This document shows, piece after piece, positions 39,914 through 51,161 of a DNA stretch of 64,000 bases. This DNA comes from Microcoleus sp. Lineage in GTDB: Bacteria; Cyanobacteriota; Cyanobacteriia; Cyanobacteriales; Microcoleaceae. The DNA is taken from assembly GCA_042408215.1 (NCBI GenBank), contig JAYFMW010000008.1, positions 192,001 through 256,000 on the forward strand, written 5' to 3'. The translations under genes and the position numbers were made by a program. Numbering within the stretch: the first letter of the stretch is position 1; the number at the start of each line of letters is the position of its first letter. The notes under the pieces were generated by a model. It had not been told where the DNA came from and did not search any database. It was given only the letters and a program-made list of their open reading frames with translations.

Positions 39914-40372
39914 GTAACAAGATACATACAAATCTGACTTTGCCTGCATTTTAAGTTTGTACGCTTTCGATCGTACTAGCGCAACCGGACACAACTAAAA
40001 ACAACTCTACCGGATGAGACTGCAAGTCATTGTGCTGCACAAGTTTTTCGTTGCGGAACACTTTGTGGAGATTGAATCCACTAATTGCCGCAGCACCATA
40101 GCACATATCACCTTCAGATGTCAATTTTTGGCGGCCTCCCCTGTCAAAGTTAACAGCAGGCTGTTTGTGTGCGGTTATAGCCCCAGCAGAGTCCATTCCT
40201 TGCTAAACTAGGGATGGCGGCGATCGCGTCGCATCCGTTAAGCTTGAGAGGCAAGTCCGGCTAACTGCGCCCTTGTCATCCTAACCGATCCTGATGTCGG
40301 TTAACATTAATTAAGTTTTATATTGAGTATTGTTATTCTAATTCCAGATTTCGATCGCTTACAATCTATTTT

Positions 40373-41434
40373 GTGGAGGAAACTAATTTGTCTCAATCCT
40401 ATCGAGTTGCCATTTTAGGAGCTACCGGCGCCGTCGGTGCCGAGTTGCTAGAGCTCCTGCACAGTCGCAGTTTTCCGGTGGCTGAGTTGAAGCTGCTGGC
40501 TTCGGAGCGTTCTGCGGGTTCAAAATTGCCGTTTGGTAGCGAAATGCTGCCGGTGGAAGCTGTGGGAGAGCGATCGTTCGATCGTGTAGATCTAGTGCTG
40601 GCCTCAGCAGGCGGCTCTACTTCTAAATTCTGGGCTCCCAAAGCAGTAGCAGCCGGGGCCGTGGTAATTGACAATTCCAGCGCTTTCCGTATGGATGCGA
40701 CGGTACCGCTAGTAGTTCCCGAAGTCAACCCCGAAGCAGCGGCAACTCACCGAGGTATAATTGCTAATCCCAACTGCACGACGATTTTGATGGCAGTGGC
40801 GGTTTGGCCTCTTCACAAAGTGAGGCCAATAAAGCGCATAGTTGTAGCTACTTACCAGTCTGCCAGCGGGGCGGGGGCGAGGGCAATGGAGGAAATGAAA
40901 GCTCAAGCAAGAGCAATTTTGGCCGGGGAAACGCCCAAAACCGAGATATTTCCCTACCCGTTAGCATTTAATTTGTTTCCGCACAACACGCCGATTAACG
41001 ATTTGGGGTATTGTGAGGAAGAGATGAAGATGGTTAACGAAACTCGGAAGATATTTGGTACGGACGAAATCAAAATTACTGCAACTTGCATTCGGGTGCC
41101 CGTACTCCGGGCCCATTCGGAGGCGATTAATCTAGAATTTGCGGAGCCTTTTAGTGCGATCGAGGCCAGGGAAATTTTAAAGCAGGCAAAAGGGGTTAAG
41201 CTAGTAGAAGACTGGCAAGCGAATTATTTCCCGATGCCCGCAGAGGCTAGCGGTAAGGATGAGGTGTTGGTAGGCAGGATACGCCAAGATATTTCTCACC
41301 CCTGCGGGTTGGAAATGTGGCTGTGCGGCGATCAAATTCGCAAAGGGGCGGCTTTAAATGCGGTGCAGATAGCCGAGTTGCTGGTAGCACAAAAATTGCT
41401 GCTGCGAAGTCAAGGGGCGGCTGTTTCTAATTAG
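40373..41434 (+). CDS. asd: Aspartate-semialdehyde dehydrogenase
   Basis: VAILGATGAVG, IIANPNCTT, DQIRKGAALNAVQ; real start may be TTG at 40388. Confidence 0.97.
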   Translation: MEETNLSQSYRVAILGATGAVGAELLELLHSRSFPVAELKLLASERSAGSKLPFGSEMLPVEAVGERSFDRVDLVLASAGGSTSKFWAPKAVAAGAVVIDNSSAFRMDATVPLVVPEVNPEAAATHRGIIANPNCTTILMAVAVWPLHKVRPIKRIVVATYQSASGAGARAMEEMKAQARAILAGETPKTEIFPYPLAFNLFPHNTPINDLGYCEEEMKMVNETRKIFGTDEIKITATCIRVPVLRAHSEAINLEFAEPFSAIEAREILKQAKGVKLVEDWQANYFPMPAEASGKDEVLVGRIRQDISHPCGLEMWLCGDQIRKGAALNAVQIAELLVAQKLLLRSQGAAVSN

Positions 41435-41540
41435 CGCAAACCAGCGCAATTTTAGATGGGAATTGGGGATTTTAGGTGAACGGTTAATCTAAAATCAAAA
41501 ATTTAAAATCAAAAATCACAAGTCGAAAATCGGAGAAAGT

Positions 41541-42434
41541 GTGGTAAAGTTTGGAAGAGTTCTGACTGCAATGATTACGCCGTTTAAGGAAGACGGCAGC
41601 GTTAACTATGCGGTAGCAGAGCAGTTGGCGGTGTATTTAGCCGATCGCGGTACGGATAGCTTGGTAGTGTGCGGAACTACGGGCGAGTCTCCCACTATGA
41701 CTTGGGATGAGGAGTATGAGTTATTCCGAGTGGTGCAGAAGGCGGTAGCTGGTAAAGCTAAGGTAATAGCGGGAGCAGGATCGAATTCTACTCGCGAGGC
41801 GATCGCAGCAACGCAAAAAGCAGCTACACTAGGGTTAGATGGCTGCTTGCAGGTGGTTCCTTATTATAACAAACCACCACAAGAAGGTTTGTACAATCAT
41901 TTTCGGGCGATCGCGCAATCTGCTCCAGAATTGCCTATAATGTTATATAACATCCCCGGTCGCACAGGCCAGAATATGTTGCCGGAGACGGTGGCTCGAT
42001 TGGCAGAAATCCCCAATATAGTAGCCGTAAAAGAAGCAAGTGGCAACTTGGATCAAGCCAGCCAAATTCGATGCTTGACACCGCCTGAATTTGCGATCTA
42101 TTCTGGAGATGATTCCCTAACTTTGCCGATGTTGGCGGTAGGAGGATCTGGTGTAGTTAGCGTAGCCAGCCATCTGGTAGGAGAGCAACTACAACAGATG
42201 ATCGAAGCTTTTGAGAGCGGTCAAGTTCAAGTCGCTACCCAGATTCACTTGCAACTATTTGACTTGTTTAAAGCTCTTTTTCTCACCACAAATCCCATTC
42301 CCGTCAAGACAGCTCTTAAACTTCAAGGCTGGGATGTAGGTTCCACCCGTCCGCCCCTGTGCGATCCCCCCATTGAGGTGACTCAAAAGTTAAAGGACGT
42401 GCTGAGTCAGTTAGCCCAGGTATCAGCTAGGTAG
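41541..42434 (+). CDS. dapA: 4-hydroxy-tetrahydrodipicolinate synthase
   Basis: [24 protein letters not shown]. Confidence 0.97.
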   Translation: MVKFGRVLTAMITPFKEDGSVNYAVAEQLAVYLADRGTDSLVVCGTTGESPTMTWDEEYELFRVVQKAVAGKAKVIAGAGSNSTREAIAATQKAATLGLDGCLQVVPYYNKPPQEGLYNHFRAIAQSAPELPIMLYNIPGRTGQNMLPETVARLAEIPNIVAVKEASGNLDQASQIRCLTPPEFAIYSGDDSLTLPMLAVGGSGVVSVASHLVGEQLQQMIEAFESGQVQVATQIHLQLFDLFKALFLTTNPIPVKTALKLQGWDVGSTRPPLCDPPIEVTQKLKDVLSQLAQVSAR

Positions 42435-42659
42435 ACAGGCGATCGCGAGTTTTCAGACAACTAAATATTTGGTTGTCATCAGTCATCAGTAATTAGTAAT
42501 TAGTCATTAGTCATTAACTTTTAGTAAGTAGCTAATAGTGAAGGATTAAAGACTGAGAATTAAAGATTGAAGGCCCAAGACAACTGACTGTACGGGAGAG
42601 TAAAACCCGTAGGGGATTTTTCCACAAATATCTTGGAAAAAATCGCCCCCATCAACGAA

Positions 42660-42972
42660 CAGAAGACGACAACAGACAGTAGAGAACAGACAGTAGACAA
42701 CAGACAGTAGACAACAGACAGTAGACAACAGACGTACCGGCAACAAACAACAGTCAACAGTCGTACCGCCAACAGTCGTAACGCCAACAAACAACAGTCG
42801 TACCGCCAACCGTCAACAGTCAACCGTCGTACCGCCAACAGTCAACAGTCGTACCGCCAACAGACAACAGTCGTAACGCCAACAAACAACAGTCGTACCG
42901 CCAACCGTCAACAGTCAACCGTCGTACCGCCAACAGACGTACCGCCAAATAACAAATAACAAAATAACTAAC
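42660..42972. repeat. Mixed STRR-derived array (CAACAGT, ACAGACAGTAGACA, CGTACCGCCAAC)
   Basis: Imperfect 7/14-mer multiples with a higher-order duplication and no unique spacers. Confidence 0.85.
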
Positions 42973-42983
42973 AAAGGATACGC

Positions 42984-44858
42984 ATGATCAGAAATACAAC
43001 TGCACAGGCTCTAAAAGTGATTCCCCTCGGCGGGCTGCACGAAATCGGTAAAAACACTTGTGTGTTCGAGTACGGCGACGAAATAATTCTTTTGGATGCA
43101 GGTTTAGCATTCCCGACAGATGGAATGCACGGGGTAAATATTGTCCTCCCAGACATGACTTACCTGCGGGAAAATAGCCACAAAATCAAAGGTATGATCG
43201 TGACTCACGGTCACGAAGACCACATTGGTGGCATCCCTTATCACCTCAAAGAATTTGAAATTCCGGTGATTTACGGACCGCGTTTGGCGATGGCTTTGCT
43301 AGCCGGAAAACTGGAAGAAGCCGGAGTGTCTCACCGCACAGAATTGAGGACAGTTCGACCCCGCGATACCGTAAGAATTGGCAAACATTTCTTAGTCGAA
43401 TACATTCGCAACACTCACTCGATGGCCGACAGTTTCACGGTGGCAATTCACACTCCAGTGGGAATTTTGATCCACACGGGAGACTTTAAAATTGACCATA
43501 CTCCTGTAGACGGCGAGCATTTTGACTTGCAAAAACTGGCGGAGTACGGCGAAAGAGGCGTGCTGTGCTTGATCAGCGATTCTACTAACTCCGAAGTTCC
43601 GGGTTTTACGGCTTCAGAACGTTCTGTTGCTCCGAATTTAGACAGAATTATCGCTCAAGCAACGGGACGGGTACTGCTGACGACTTTTGCTTCGTCGGTA
43701 CACCGGTTGCAAATTGTTTTAGAATTGGCTAAGAAAAACAATCGGTATGTAGGAGTGGTTGGTCGATCGATGCTGAATGTCATCGCTCACTGCCGCAATC
43801 TCGGCTACATCAAATGCGAAGATAGTATCTTCAAACCGCTGAAAGAAATCCGCAATTTGGCTGAAGACAAGGTTTTGATTTTAACGACTGGTTCCCAAGG
43901 CGAACCGATGGCGGCGATGACTCGCATTGCTAACGGAGAACATCACGAACTGAAAATCAGAAAAGGCGATACAGTAATATTCTCAGCTAACCCAATTCCG
44001 GGAAATACGATCGCAGTGGTAAATACGATCGACAAATTGATGATGCTGGGCGCAAATGTAGTTTACGGGCGCGATAAAGGCATTCACGTTTCGGGACACG
44101 GTTGTCAAGAAGACCAAAAGTTAATGATTAACATGACTCGTCCCAAGTTCTTCTTGCCGGTGCACGGAGAACACCGGATGCTGGTTCAGCACTCGAAGAC
44201 GGCTCAAAGCATGGGCATTCCCGCTAGCAATATGGTGATTATTGACAACGGCGATGTCGTAGAATTGACCGAAAATTCGATGCGAGTGAGTGGTAAAGTG
44301 CCTTCAGGAATTGAATTAGTAGATTCTTCGCGATCGGGCGTAGTCAAAGCGAACGTGCTCAAGGAACGTCAGCAACTGGCCGGAGACGGCGCGGTAACGG
44401 TAGCGGCGGCTTTGAATTGGGAAGGCAAGTTAGTTGCTAAGCCAGAAGTCCACTTAAAAGGTGTAGTGACATCAGCCGATCGCGCGGAGGTGATCGGATT
44501 AATCACTCAAACCATTGAAACAGTTTTGAGCGATCGCTGGTCAGAATTTGTCCTACTTGCTAGTGGTGCTGACTCACAAGTTAATGTGGACTGGGTAGGA
44601 GTGCAAACCCAAATAGAAAAGGCAATTCAGCGAGTGCTGCGCCGCCAACTGCAAAGCAATCCGCTGCTGGTATTCATGATGCAAATTCCAGAAGAAGCAG
44701 TGCGATCGGAAATTGTGCAAAAAACTCAGCTTTCCATTGAAGCACCTAAACTAGCATCATCATCAGTACCATCTCCAGTACCAGCCCCTGTGAATAAAGT
44801 AACAGGTCGTCGGCGTCCGAGGACTGCTGCTGCAAAAGTAGCTTCCGTCGCTTCCTAG
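42984..44858 (+). CDS. rnj: Ribonuclease J
   Basis: PLGGLHEIGKN, THGHEDHIGG, TGSQGEP, IHVSGH. Confidence 0.97.
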   Translation: MIRNTTAQALKVIPLGGLHEIGKNTCVFEYGDEIILLDAGLAFPTDGMHGVNIVLPDMTYLRENSHKIKGMIVTHGHEDHIGGIPYHLKEFEIPVIYGPRLAMALLAGKLEEAGVSHRTELRTVRPRDTVRIGKHFLVEYIRNTHSMADSFTVAIHTPVGILIHTGDFKIDHTPVDGEHFDLQKLAEYGERGVLCLISDSTNSEVPGFTASERSVAPNLDRIIAQATGRVLLTTFASSVHRLQIVLELAKKNNRYVGVVGRSMLNVIAHCRNLGYIKCEDSIFKPLKEIRNLAEDKVLILTTGSQGEPMAAMTRIANGEHHELKIRKGDTVIFSANPIPGNTIAVVNTIDKLMMLGANVVYGRDKGIHVSGHGCQEDQKLMINMTRPKFFLPVHGEHRMLVQHSKTAQSMGIPASNMVIIDNGDVVELTENSMRVSGKVPSGIELVDSSRSGVVKANVLKERQQLAGDGAVTVAAALNWEGKLVAKPEVHLKGVVTSADRAEVIGLITQTIETVLSDRWSEFVLLASGADSQVNVDWVGVQTQIEKAIQRVLRRQLQSNPLLVFMMQIPEEAVRSEIVQKTQLSIEAPKLASSSVPSPVPAPVNKVTGRRRPRTAAAKVASVAS

Positions 44859-44871
44859 TTGCGATCGTGAT

Positions 44872-45815
44872 TTTCAACGGCAGATGAACGGAAACGAACG
44901 TAGATAGATTAGATTTAATAATTATCTGCGTTCATCTGTGTTTATCTGCCCCCATCTGCGGTTAAAGAACCAGAGGAATTAAAACTTTGATTTCAAGTGA
45001 AGAGTTAGTGCCAATAGGAGCTCAAAGAGCGATCGGCCATAAAAAAGAAGGATTACCTATTGACTGTGATGGATTTTTCATGGTATATTTTAGATAATGG
45101 GAGTGGTGGCAAAAATAAAAAAATTGCCACCACTCCCATTATCTAATTGTACTTGATGAAAAGCTGAAAGTCAAGCATTTAACCCGAAAAAAAAATGGCT
45201 TTTTTTTTATTTCAATGAAGTAAAAATTCCTGACGATAGCAACAGCTAAGGCTAATCGATTGGGGATTGGGGATTGAAGAATTGGAGAATCAATCGATTT
45301 CAAGGGCAGATGAACGGAAACGAACGTAGATAGATTAGATTTAATAATTATCTGCGTTCATCTGTGTTTATCTGCCCCCATCTGCGGTTAAAGAACCAGA
45401 GGAATTAAAACTTTGATTTCAAGTGAAGAGTTAGTGCCAATAGGAGCTCAAAGAGCGATCGGCCATAAAAAAGAAGGATTACCTATTGACTGTGATGGAT
45501 TTTTTATGGTATATTTTAGATAATGGGAATGCTGGCAAAAATAAAAAAATTGCCACCACTCCCATTATCTAATTGTACTTGATGAAAAGCTGAAAGTCAA
45601 GCATTTAACCCGAAAAAAAAATGGCTTTTTTTTTATTTCAATGAAGTAAAAATTCCTGACGATAGCAACAGCTAAGGCTAATCGATTGGGGATTGGGGAT
45701 TGAAGAATTGGAGAATCAATCGATTTCAACGGCAGATGAACGAAAAGGAACGCAGATAGATTTGATTTAATCATGATCTGCGTTCATCTGTGTTGATCTG
45801 CCCCCATCTGCGGTG
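44872..45815. repeat. Non-coding tandem duplication, 426-bp period, about 2.2 copies
   Basis: GGCAGATGAACG starts at 44879, 45305 and 45731. Confidence 0.95.
45060..45174. promoter_or_regulatory. Two convergent sigma70-like promoters flanking a perfect 23-bp inverted repeat (second copy +426 nt)
   Basis: Plus: TTGACT-18-TATATT (45060-45089). Minus: TTGACT-17-TACAAT (45174-45146). Arms 45090-45112 and 45124-45146. Confidence 0.55.
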
Positions 45816-45820
45816 AAAAA

Positions 45821-46096
45821 TCAACCACCAGCAACCGCCGGTACAATACTCACTTCATCACCATCTTTGAGAGCAGTTTCAGTACCTTCCAAAAACCGGA
45901 TATCTTCACTGTTGACGTAGAAGTTCAAAAATCTGCGAGGTGCTCCTTGTTCATCGCACAGGCTTTTTTTGATGCCGGGACAATTTGTTTCGAGGGATTC
46001 AATCAGTTCGGAAATATTATCACCGCCGCATTCTATTGTGGCTTGATTGTTGGTGAATTTTTGCAGTGGTGTGGGAATTAAAACTTTAACAGTCAT
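45821..46096 (-). CDS. MoaD/ThiS-family ubiquitin-like sulfur carrier
   Basis: [13 protein letters not shown]...IVPAVAGG with C-terminal GG. Confidence 0.92.
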   Translation of the reverse strand: MTVKVLIPTPLQKFTNNQATIECGGDNISELIESLETNCPGIKKSLCDEQGAPRRFLNFYVNSEDIRFLEGTETALKDGDEVSIVPAVAGG

Positions 46097-46099
46097 TTT

Positions 46100-46352
46100 T
46101 TTAGTCCTTAGTCAGTAGTCAGTAGTCAGTAGTCAGTAGTCAGTAGTCAGTAGTCAGTAGTCAGTAGTCCTTAGTCAGTAGTCCTTAGTCAGTAGTCCTT
46201 AGTCAGTAGTCCTTAGTCAGTAGTCCTTAGTCAGTAGTCCTTAGTCAGTAGTCAGTAGTCAGTAGTCAGTAGTCAGTAGTCAGTAGTCAACAGCTTAATA
46301 ACGAATAACTAATGACTAATAACTAATAACTAATGACTGATGACTAATAACT
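46100..46352. repeat. STRR array (TAGTCAG/TAGTCCT, CTAATAA)
   Basis: More than 20 tandem heptamers. Confidence 0.92.
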
Positions 46353-46353
46353 A

Positions 46354-47652
46354 TTAAACCGAAACTTGCTGCCATTCTAGGCGTTCAAGTGTCCGAGCAC
46401 GTTCTAGGGCACGCTCGAAGGCTTCTAGTTTTGGTTCGAGGGTTATGGGTTCGCCGATGTAACCGGCAACTGCTTCTTGGGTTTTCAAGCCATTGCCGGT
46501 GATGTAGACGACGGTGGTTTCGTCGGGGTTGATCTTACCTGCTTCTACGAGTTTCTTCAAGACTGCGATCGTGGTGCCGCCTGCGGTTTCGGTGAAGATG
46601 CCTTCGGTTTCTGCTAGCAGTTTCATGCCTTCGATGATTTCGGTGTCGCTGACGGATTCGATGTTGCCGCCTGTTTTGCGGGCGACTTCGAGGGCGTACA
46701 TACCGTCTGCTGGATTGCCGATCGCGATCGACTTAGCAATTGTATTTGGTTTGACTGGCTTCACGAAATCGCGGCCTTCGCGGAATGCTTGGGCGATGGG
46801 GGAACAGCCGTCAGCTTGGGCTCCGCTGAACCGGACTGGTTTGTCGTCTACTAAGCCGACTTCGACGAATTCTTGAAAGCCTTTGTAAATCTTTGTGAAC
46901 AAAGAGCCGGAAGCGAGGGGGGCGACGATGTGGTCGGGCAATTGCCAGCCTAGCTGTTCGGCAACTTCGTAGCCGAGGGTTTTCGAGCCTTCGGAATAGT
47001 AGGGACGCAAGTTGATGTTGACAAATCCCCAGCCGTGTGTATTGGCTACTTCGCAACAGAGGCGGTTAACTTGGTCGTAGTTGCCGTGAACTGCCATGAC
47101 AGTTGGATTGTAAATCAGGGTGCCGAGGACTTTGCCTGATTCTAAGTCGGAGGGGATGAAGACTACGCAGTCGAGTCCGGCGTGGGCTGCGATCGCCGCA
47201 GTAGAGTTAGCTAAATTGCCAGTGCTGGCACAGGATACTGTTGTGAAACCCAATTCTCTGGCTCTGCTGAGGGCAACTGACACCACTCTGTCTTTGAAAC
47301 TGAGAGTGGGCATATTGACAGCATCATTTTTAATATAAAGATTTTTTAGACCCAGGCGGCGGGCTAGGCGGTGGGATTTTACTAGAGGAGTCATGCCGGT
47401 GCCGACATCGATCACGTTATCTGTAGCGACTGGCAGAAATGCCCGGTAACGCCAGATCGAGTTGGGCCCGGCTTGGATGGTTTGTCTGGTAACGGTGCGG
47501 CGGATCGCGTCGTAGTCATACTTGACCTCAAGCGGCCCGAAACAGCAATCGCAGACGTGTTTGGCTTGAAGTTCGTACTCTGCGCCGCATTCTTTGCACT
47601 TGAGGGCTGTGAAGGTAGCTGCTGTCGATTGGGTTCTGGTCGCCTGGGTCAT
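46354..47652 (-). CDS. thrC: Threonine synthase-family PLP enzyme
   Basis: PTLSFKDR, CASTGNLANS, ITGNGLKT. Confidence 0.9.
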   Translation of the reverse strand: MTQATRTQSTAATFTALKCKECGAEYELQAKHVCDCCFGPLEVKYDYDAIRRTVTRQTIQAGPNSIWRYRAFLPVATDNVIDVGTGMTPLVKSHRLARRLGLKNLYIKNDAVNMPTLSFKDRVVSVALSRARELGFTTVSCASTGNLANSTAAIAAHAGLDCVVFIPSDLESGKVLGTLIYNPTVMAVHGNYDQVNRLCCEVANTHGWGFVNINLRPYYSEGSKTLGYEVAEQLGWQLPDHIVAPLASGSLFTKIYKGFQEFVEVGLVDDKPVRFSGAQADGCSPIAQAFREGRDFVKPVKPNTIAKSIAIGNPADGMYALEVARKTGGNIESVSDTEIIEGMKLLAETEGIFTETAGGTTIAVLKKLVEAGKINPDETTVVYITGNGLKTQEAVAGYIGEPITLEPKLEAFERALERARTLERLEWQQVSV

Positions 47653-47989
47653 AGCTAAACTCTCTAGTTTTGCGATGTTTTCTTAGTCTTGTGCAAGATT
47701 AGCACGGTCAATTTACCCCGTCAACCATACCCGATTTTTTTAGTCGGGATTGATTTTTCAGTTAAACAGTGGTGTATTTAACTTTGATATTTGGGCGGGC
47801 GGGACGCCCAACCCCTACTCCCCACAAGGATTTGACTTGTTTTCAGGATCGGGCTCTTAATCCAGATTGTCACGCCCGCACGCAAGCCCGATCGCACTCC
47901 AGGATGATTGGCCGACGAATTTGTTACAAAACTTAATATTTTGGTTTGGGGTTGACAATTTGGCAGTCGTGCGATCGAAAACAAGAAGT

Positions 47990-48208
47990 CATTAGTCAGT
48001 AGTCAGTAGTCAGTAGTCATTAGTCAGTAGTCAGTAGTCAGTAGTCATTAGTCAGTAGTCAGTAGTCATTAGTCCGTAGTCAGTAGTCAGTAGTCATTAG
48101 TCAGTAGTCAGTAGTCATTAGTCCGTAGTCAGTAGTCAGTAGTCATTAGTTTTGGTGATTTACGACCCATGCCCCATGCCCCATGCCCCATGCCCCATGC
48201 CCCATGCC
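47990..48208. repeat. STRR arrays (TAGTCAG/TAGTCAT; CCCATGC)
   Basis: Tandem heptamers. Confidence 0.9.
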
Positions 48209-48469
48209 CTACCCGCCGCTGACAGGGGGAATCAGTACAACTTCGTCGCCGTCTTGGAGGATGGTGTCGGGGGAGACGAATTCCAGGTTGAGCCCGAAGC
48301 GGGTGCGATCGCGCCACTGTTCTAATTGGGGATGTTGGGCGATCGCACGTTCTAGAACCTGGGACACTGGGGTGAGGAGTGGAAATTCCAATGTTTGTTC
48401 AGAAACACCGTAGGCTTCGCCGAAAGCGGCGAACAGTTTAACAGTGATGGTAATCAAAGAGTTAGACAC
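48209..48469 (-). CDS. moaD: Molybdopterin synthase sulfur carrier subunit (MoaD family)
   Basis: ITVKLFAA...LQDGDEVVLIPPVSGG. Confidence 0.88.
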   Translation of the reverse strand: MSNSLITITVKLFAAFGEAYGVSEQTLEFPLLTPVSQVLERAIAQHPQLEQWRDRTRFGLNLEFVSPDTILQDGDEVVLIPPVSGG

Positions 48470-48655
48470 AATAATTAAGAGTTAGGAACTTTAGCCAACG
48501 CTCAAATACACAATACAATTAATTGGGAATTAGACGCGCAGAGGCTTAAAATCTGGTTGTTAAGTGCAGTTGGGAAGTCCAGAAACTTTACCCAGCTTAG
48601 TAAGCCATTAGTTTGATCTAAGAATAATAGTGAAGTTCGCGCGATCGGGAGATAT

Positions 48656-48943
48656 ATGGCAAATAATGATTTTAAAGTGCTTCAAATTATTGAAGCTAAG
48701 GGCTGGTATGCCTTTGGAAGTACCAAGCAAAGCCAGCACATAGAGAGGTGGGTAAGACCTGTGGTGTGTTGGGTGTTAGTAGAAGATAAAAAAAAGCGGC
48801 GCATTGTGACTGCTACCGCTAGCTATCAGATCGAAATTGACGATAAAGAAGTCGAGTTTTTTGCCCACGAAAGCGAAATTCAAGATTTAGAGAGTCTCCC
48901 GAAGTCGGTTTCGGTATCAGAATTTCTCAAAACAGAAGATTGA
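48656..48943 (+). CDS. Hypothetical protein
   Basis: 95-aa ORF with GGAG upstream. Confidence 0.6.
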   Translation: MANNDFKVLQIIEAKGWYAFGSTKQSQHIERWVRPVVCWVLVEDKKKRRIVTATASYQIEIDDKEVEFFAHESEIQDLESLPKSVSVSEFLKTED

Positions 48944-49688
48944 GGGAGCGATAGAAAGACCTTGTTTAACAAGTTATTAATTATTCCTTAGTAATTCCTT
49001 AAACTTGCTATTGGATTTTAGTTGAATAAAAACGATGAAGCGGAATTGGGCATGGGGCCTGGGGCCTGGGGCATTAATCAGCCTCCTTCTTGCTTCTTCC
49101 TTCTTCTTTCTTGCTTCTTCTTTCTTGCTTCTTCCTTCTTGCTTCTTCCTTCTTGCTTCTTCCTTCTTCCTTCTAAAAAATAAAGAGGGCGGAAGATTGC
49201 AGGCAATGCCAACACGCTTCCGACCTTTGCTGAATAACAGGGTATGCATATGTTTTTATATTATGGCAGGCTGGTTTTCGCTCGATCAAGAGGGCTATTG
49301 CAATCACCCACTTTTGCTTTGAGGCTGTGTTTGCAAGGCTCCTAATATTTTAGACTGGAACTTTTAAATTTGAGATGGGGCATAGGGCATAGGGCATAGG
49401 GCATGGGGCATGGGGCATGGGGCATGGGGCATTGGGAATGAAGAAACTCAACAGTCAACAGTCAACAGTCAACAGTCAAATAACAAATAACAAATAACAA
49501 ATAACAAATAACAAAGATGGGGCATAGGGCATAGGGCATAGGGCATAGGGCATGGGGCATGGGGCATGGACTCAAATCTCAAATCGGTTGACATCCGGGA
49601 AAAACCAAGTCAAGGGTAAGCAGAATGCTTACCCCACAAGAGTTTTTGGAGATGTCTAATCAGCTCGAACGCTGCAACCGCTTAGAGT

Positions 49689-51068
49689 TCAAACCGGACT
49701 AGCAACAGGTTCAGGCTTCTGAGAATGGCGCATCCGCCGCCCAGTCATCACCATCCGCACGCCGCCGGCAGGCCCTAAAGTGACCCCTCGACGCTTCGGT
49801 TGCACAGGTTTGTTCTCGGCCAATGCTAGGTCGAAATCCCGCAAAATATTTGCCAGCACCAGTTTCATCTCCAACTGCGCCAGAGCCATGCCGATGCAGC
49901 GACGGCTTCCCCCTCCAAAGGGCGCATACTCGTAAGGCGAGAATTGCCTCTCCAAAAACCGTTCTGGTTTAAATTGCAGGGGTTCTGGATACAAATCTTC
50001 GCGACGGTGGGTTAAATAAATCGAGCCGACCACAACTGTACCCGGTTCGAGTTGATATCCCATTAGTTCCACAGGCGACTTGACTACTCGCGGAAATGTC
50101 AGCATTGCTACCGGATAAATCCGCAGCGTCTCTTGACAAACTGCACTCAGGTATGGTAAGCGGAAAATCTCCATCGGGTCTGGATTTTCCCCCAAACTGT
50201 CCAATTCTTCCAGCAGTTTCTGGCGCACTGAGGGGAAACTGTGAATCCAGTAAAATGCCCAAGCTAGGGCTGTGGCTGTGGTTTCGTGACCGGCAAACAG
50301 CAGCGTCATCAACTCGTCGCGCAATTCTTCATCAGTCATCGGTTGCCCGTTTTCGTCGCGGGCGGCCATCATTAAGCTGAGAATGTCGGTGCGGTTGGCG
50401 TCTGGTTGCTCTTTCCGTTCGGCAATTTCGGCGTAAATCAGTTCGTCAATTTTTCGCTGTCGCTGTTTCATGCGTCCCCAAGGACTCCAGGGCCCCCAAT
50501 CTTGCTGCATCCAGCCGAAAAATAGCATACTCGATCGCAGGGGAGAACCAGTCAAATCGACAAGTGAAGCAAGTAGGGGTCTGAGTTCTTGGAATCGCGG
50601 GCCGTCATCCAAGCCGAACACAGCGTGCAAAATGACACGCATGGTGACTTCTTGCATGGCGGTGCGGGCGAAAAAAGGTCGATCGACCGACCATTTGCTG
50701 GCAACATCTAAAGCAATATCGCAAATTTGCTGGCCGTAGTTCCGCATCCGTTCCCCATGAAAGGGGGGCATCAATAATTGGCGCTCCCGTTTGTGCCTCT
50801 CGCCGGAGAGGAGCATCATGGATTGTTCTCCCAGCACGGGTTTTAGGATGCTGTTCAGGTGGCCGGGAGCTTCAAAAGCGCTGCTGTTGAGCATTTCCTG
50901 CACCGCTTGCGGGTGGTCGATCATCACCAATGGTTCGATGTTGCCCCATTGAGTTGTGAAAATGTCACCGTATTGATTAGCACATTTATCCATGTATGTC
51001 AACGGATCGGCGATCCATTGAATTAGCTGCACAAATGGCAGAGTTTTGGGGCCGTTAGGTAGTGTCAT
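49689..51068 (-). CDS. Cytochrome P450 (CYP110-like)
   Basis: AGHETTA, ETLR, PERF, PFGGGSRRCIG. Confidence 0.96.
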   Translation of the reverse strand: MTLPNGPKTLPFVQLIQWIADPLTYMDKCANQYGDIFTTQWGNIEPLVMIDHPQAVQEMLNSSAFEAPGHLNSILKPVLGEQSMMLLSGERHKRERQLLMPPFHGERMRNYGQQICDIALDVASKWSVDRPFFARTAMQEVTMRVILHAVFGLDDGPRFQELRPLLASLVDLTGSPLRSSMLFFGWMQQDWGPWSPWGRMKQRQRKIDELIYAEIAERKEQPDANRTDILSLMMAARDENGQPMTDEELRDELMTLLFAGHETTATALAWAFYWIHSFPSVRQKLLEELDSLGENPDPMEIFRLPYLSAVCQETLRIYPVAMLTFPRVVKSPVELMGYQLEPGTVVVGSIYLTHRREDLYPEPLQFKPERFLERQFSPYEYAPFGGGSRRCIGMALAQLEMKLVLANILRDFDLALAENKPVQPKRRGVTLGPAGGVRMVMTGRRMRHSQKPEPVASPV

Positions 51069-51161
51069 CTGTCTTCCTAGTATCATCTCCCAGCCCCCCT
51101 TTTTTTAAAGGGAAGTGGGTAAGTCCCATCTCCAATAATTTTAATCGCTTATTCTCGAAGG

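Noticed and set aside
42660..42972. Possible CRISPR array
   Set aside because: Short 7/14-mer multiples with no constant repeat plus unique spacers, and no cas genes; typical cyanobacterial STRR.
46100..49570. Heptamer arrays and the ORFs running through them (e.g. 48977-49249, 49035-49322)
   Set aside because: Ordinary STRRs; the ORFs are low-complexity by-products.
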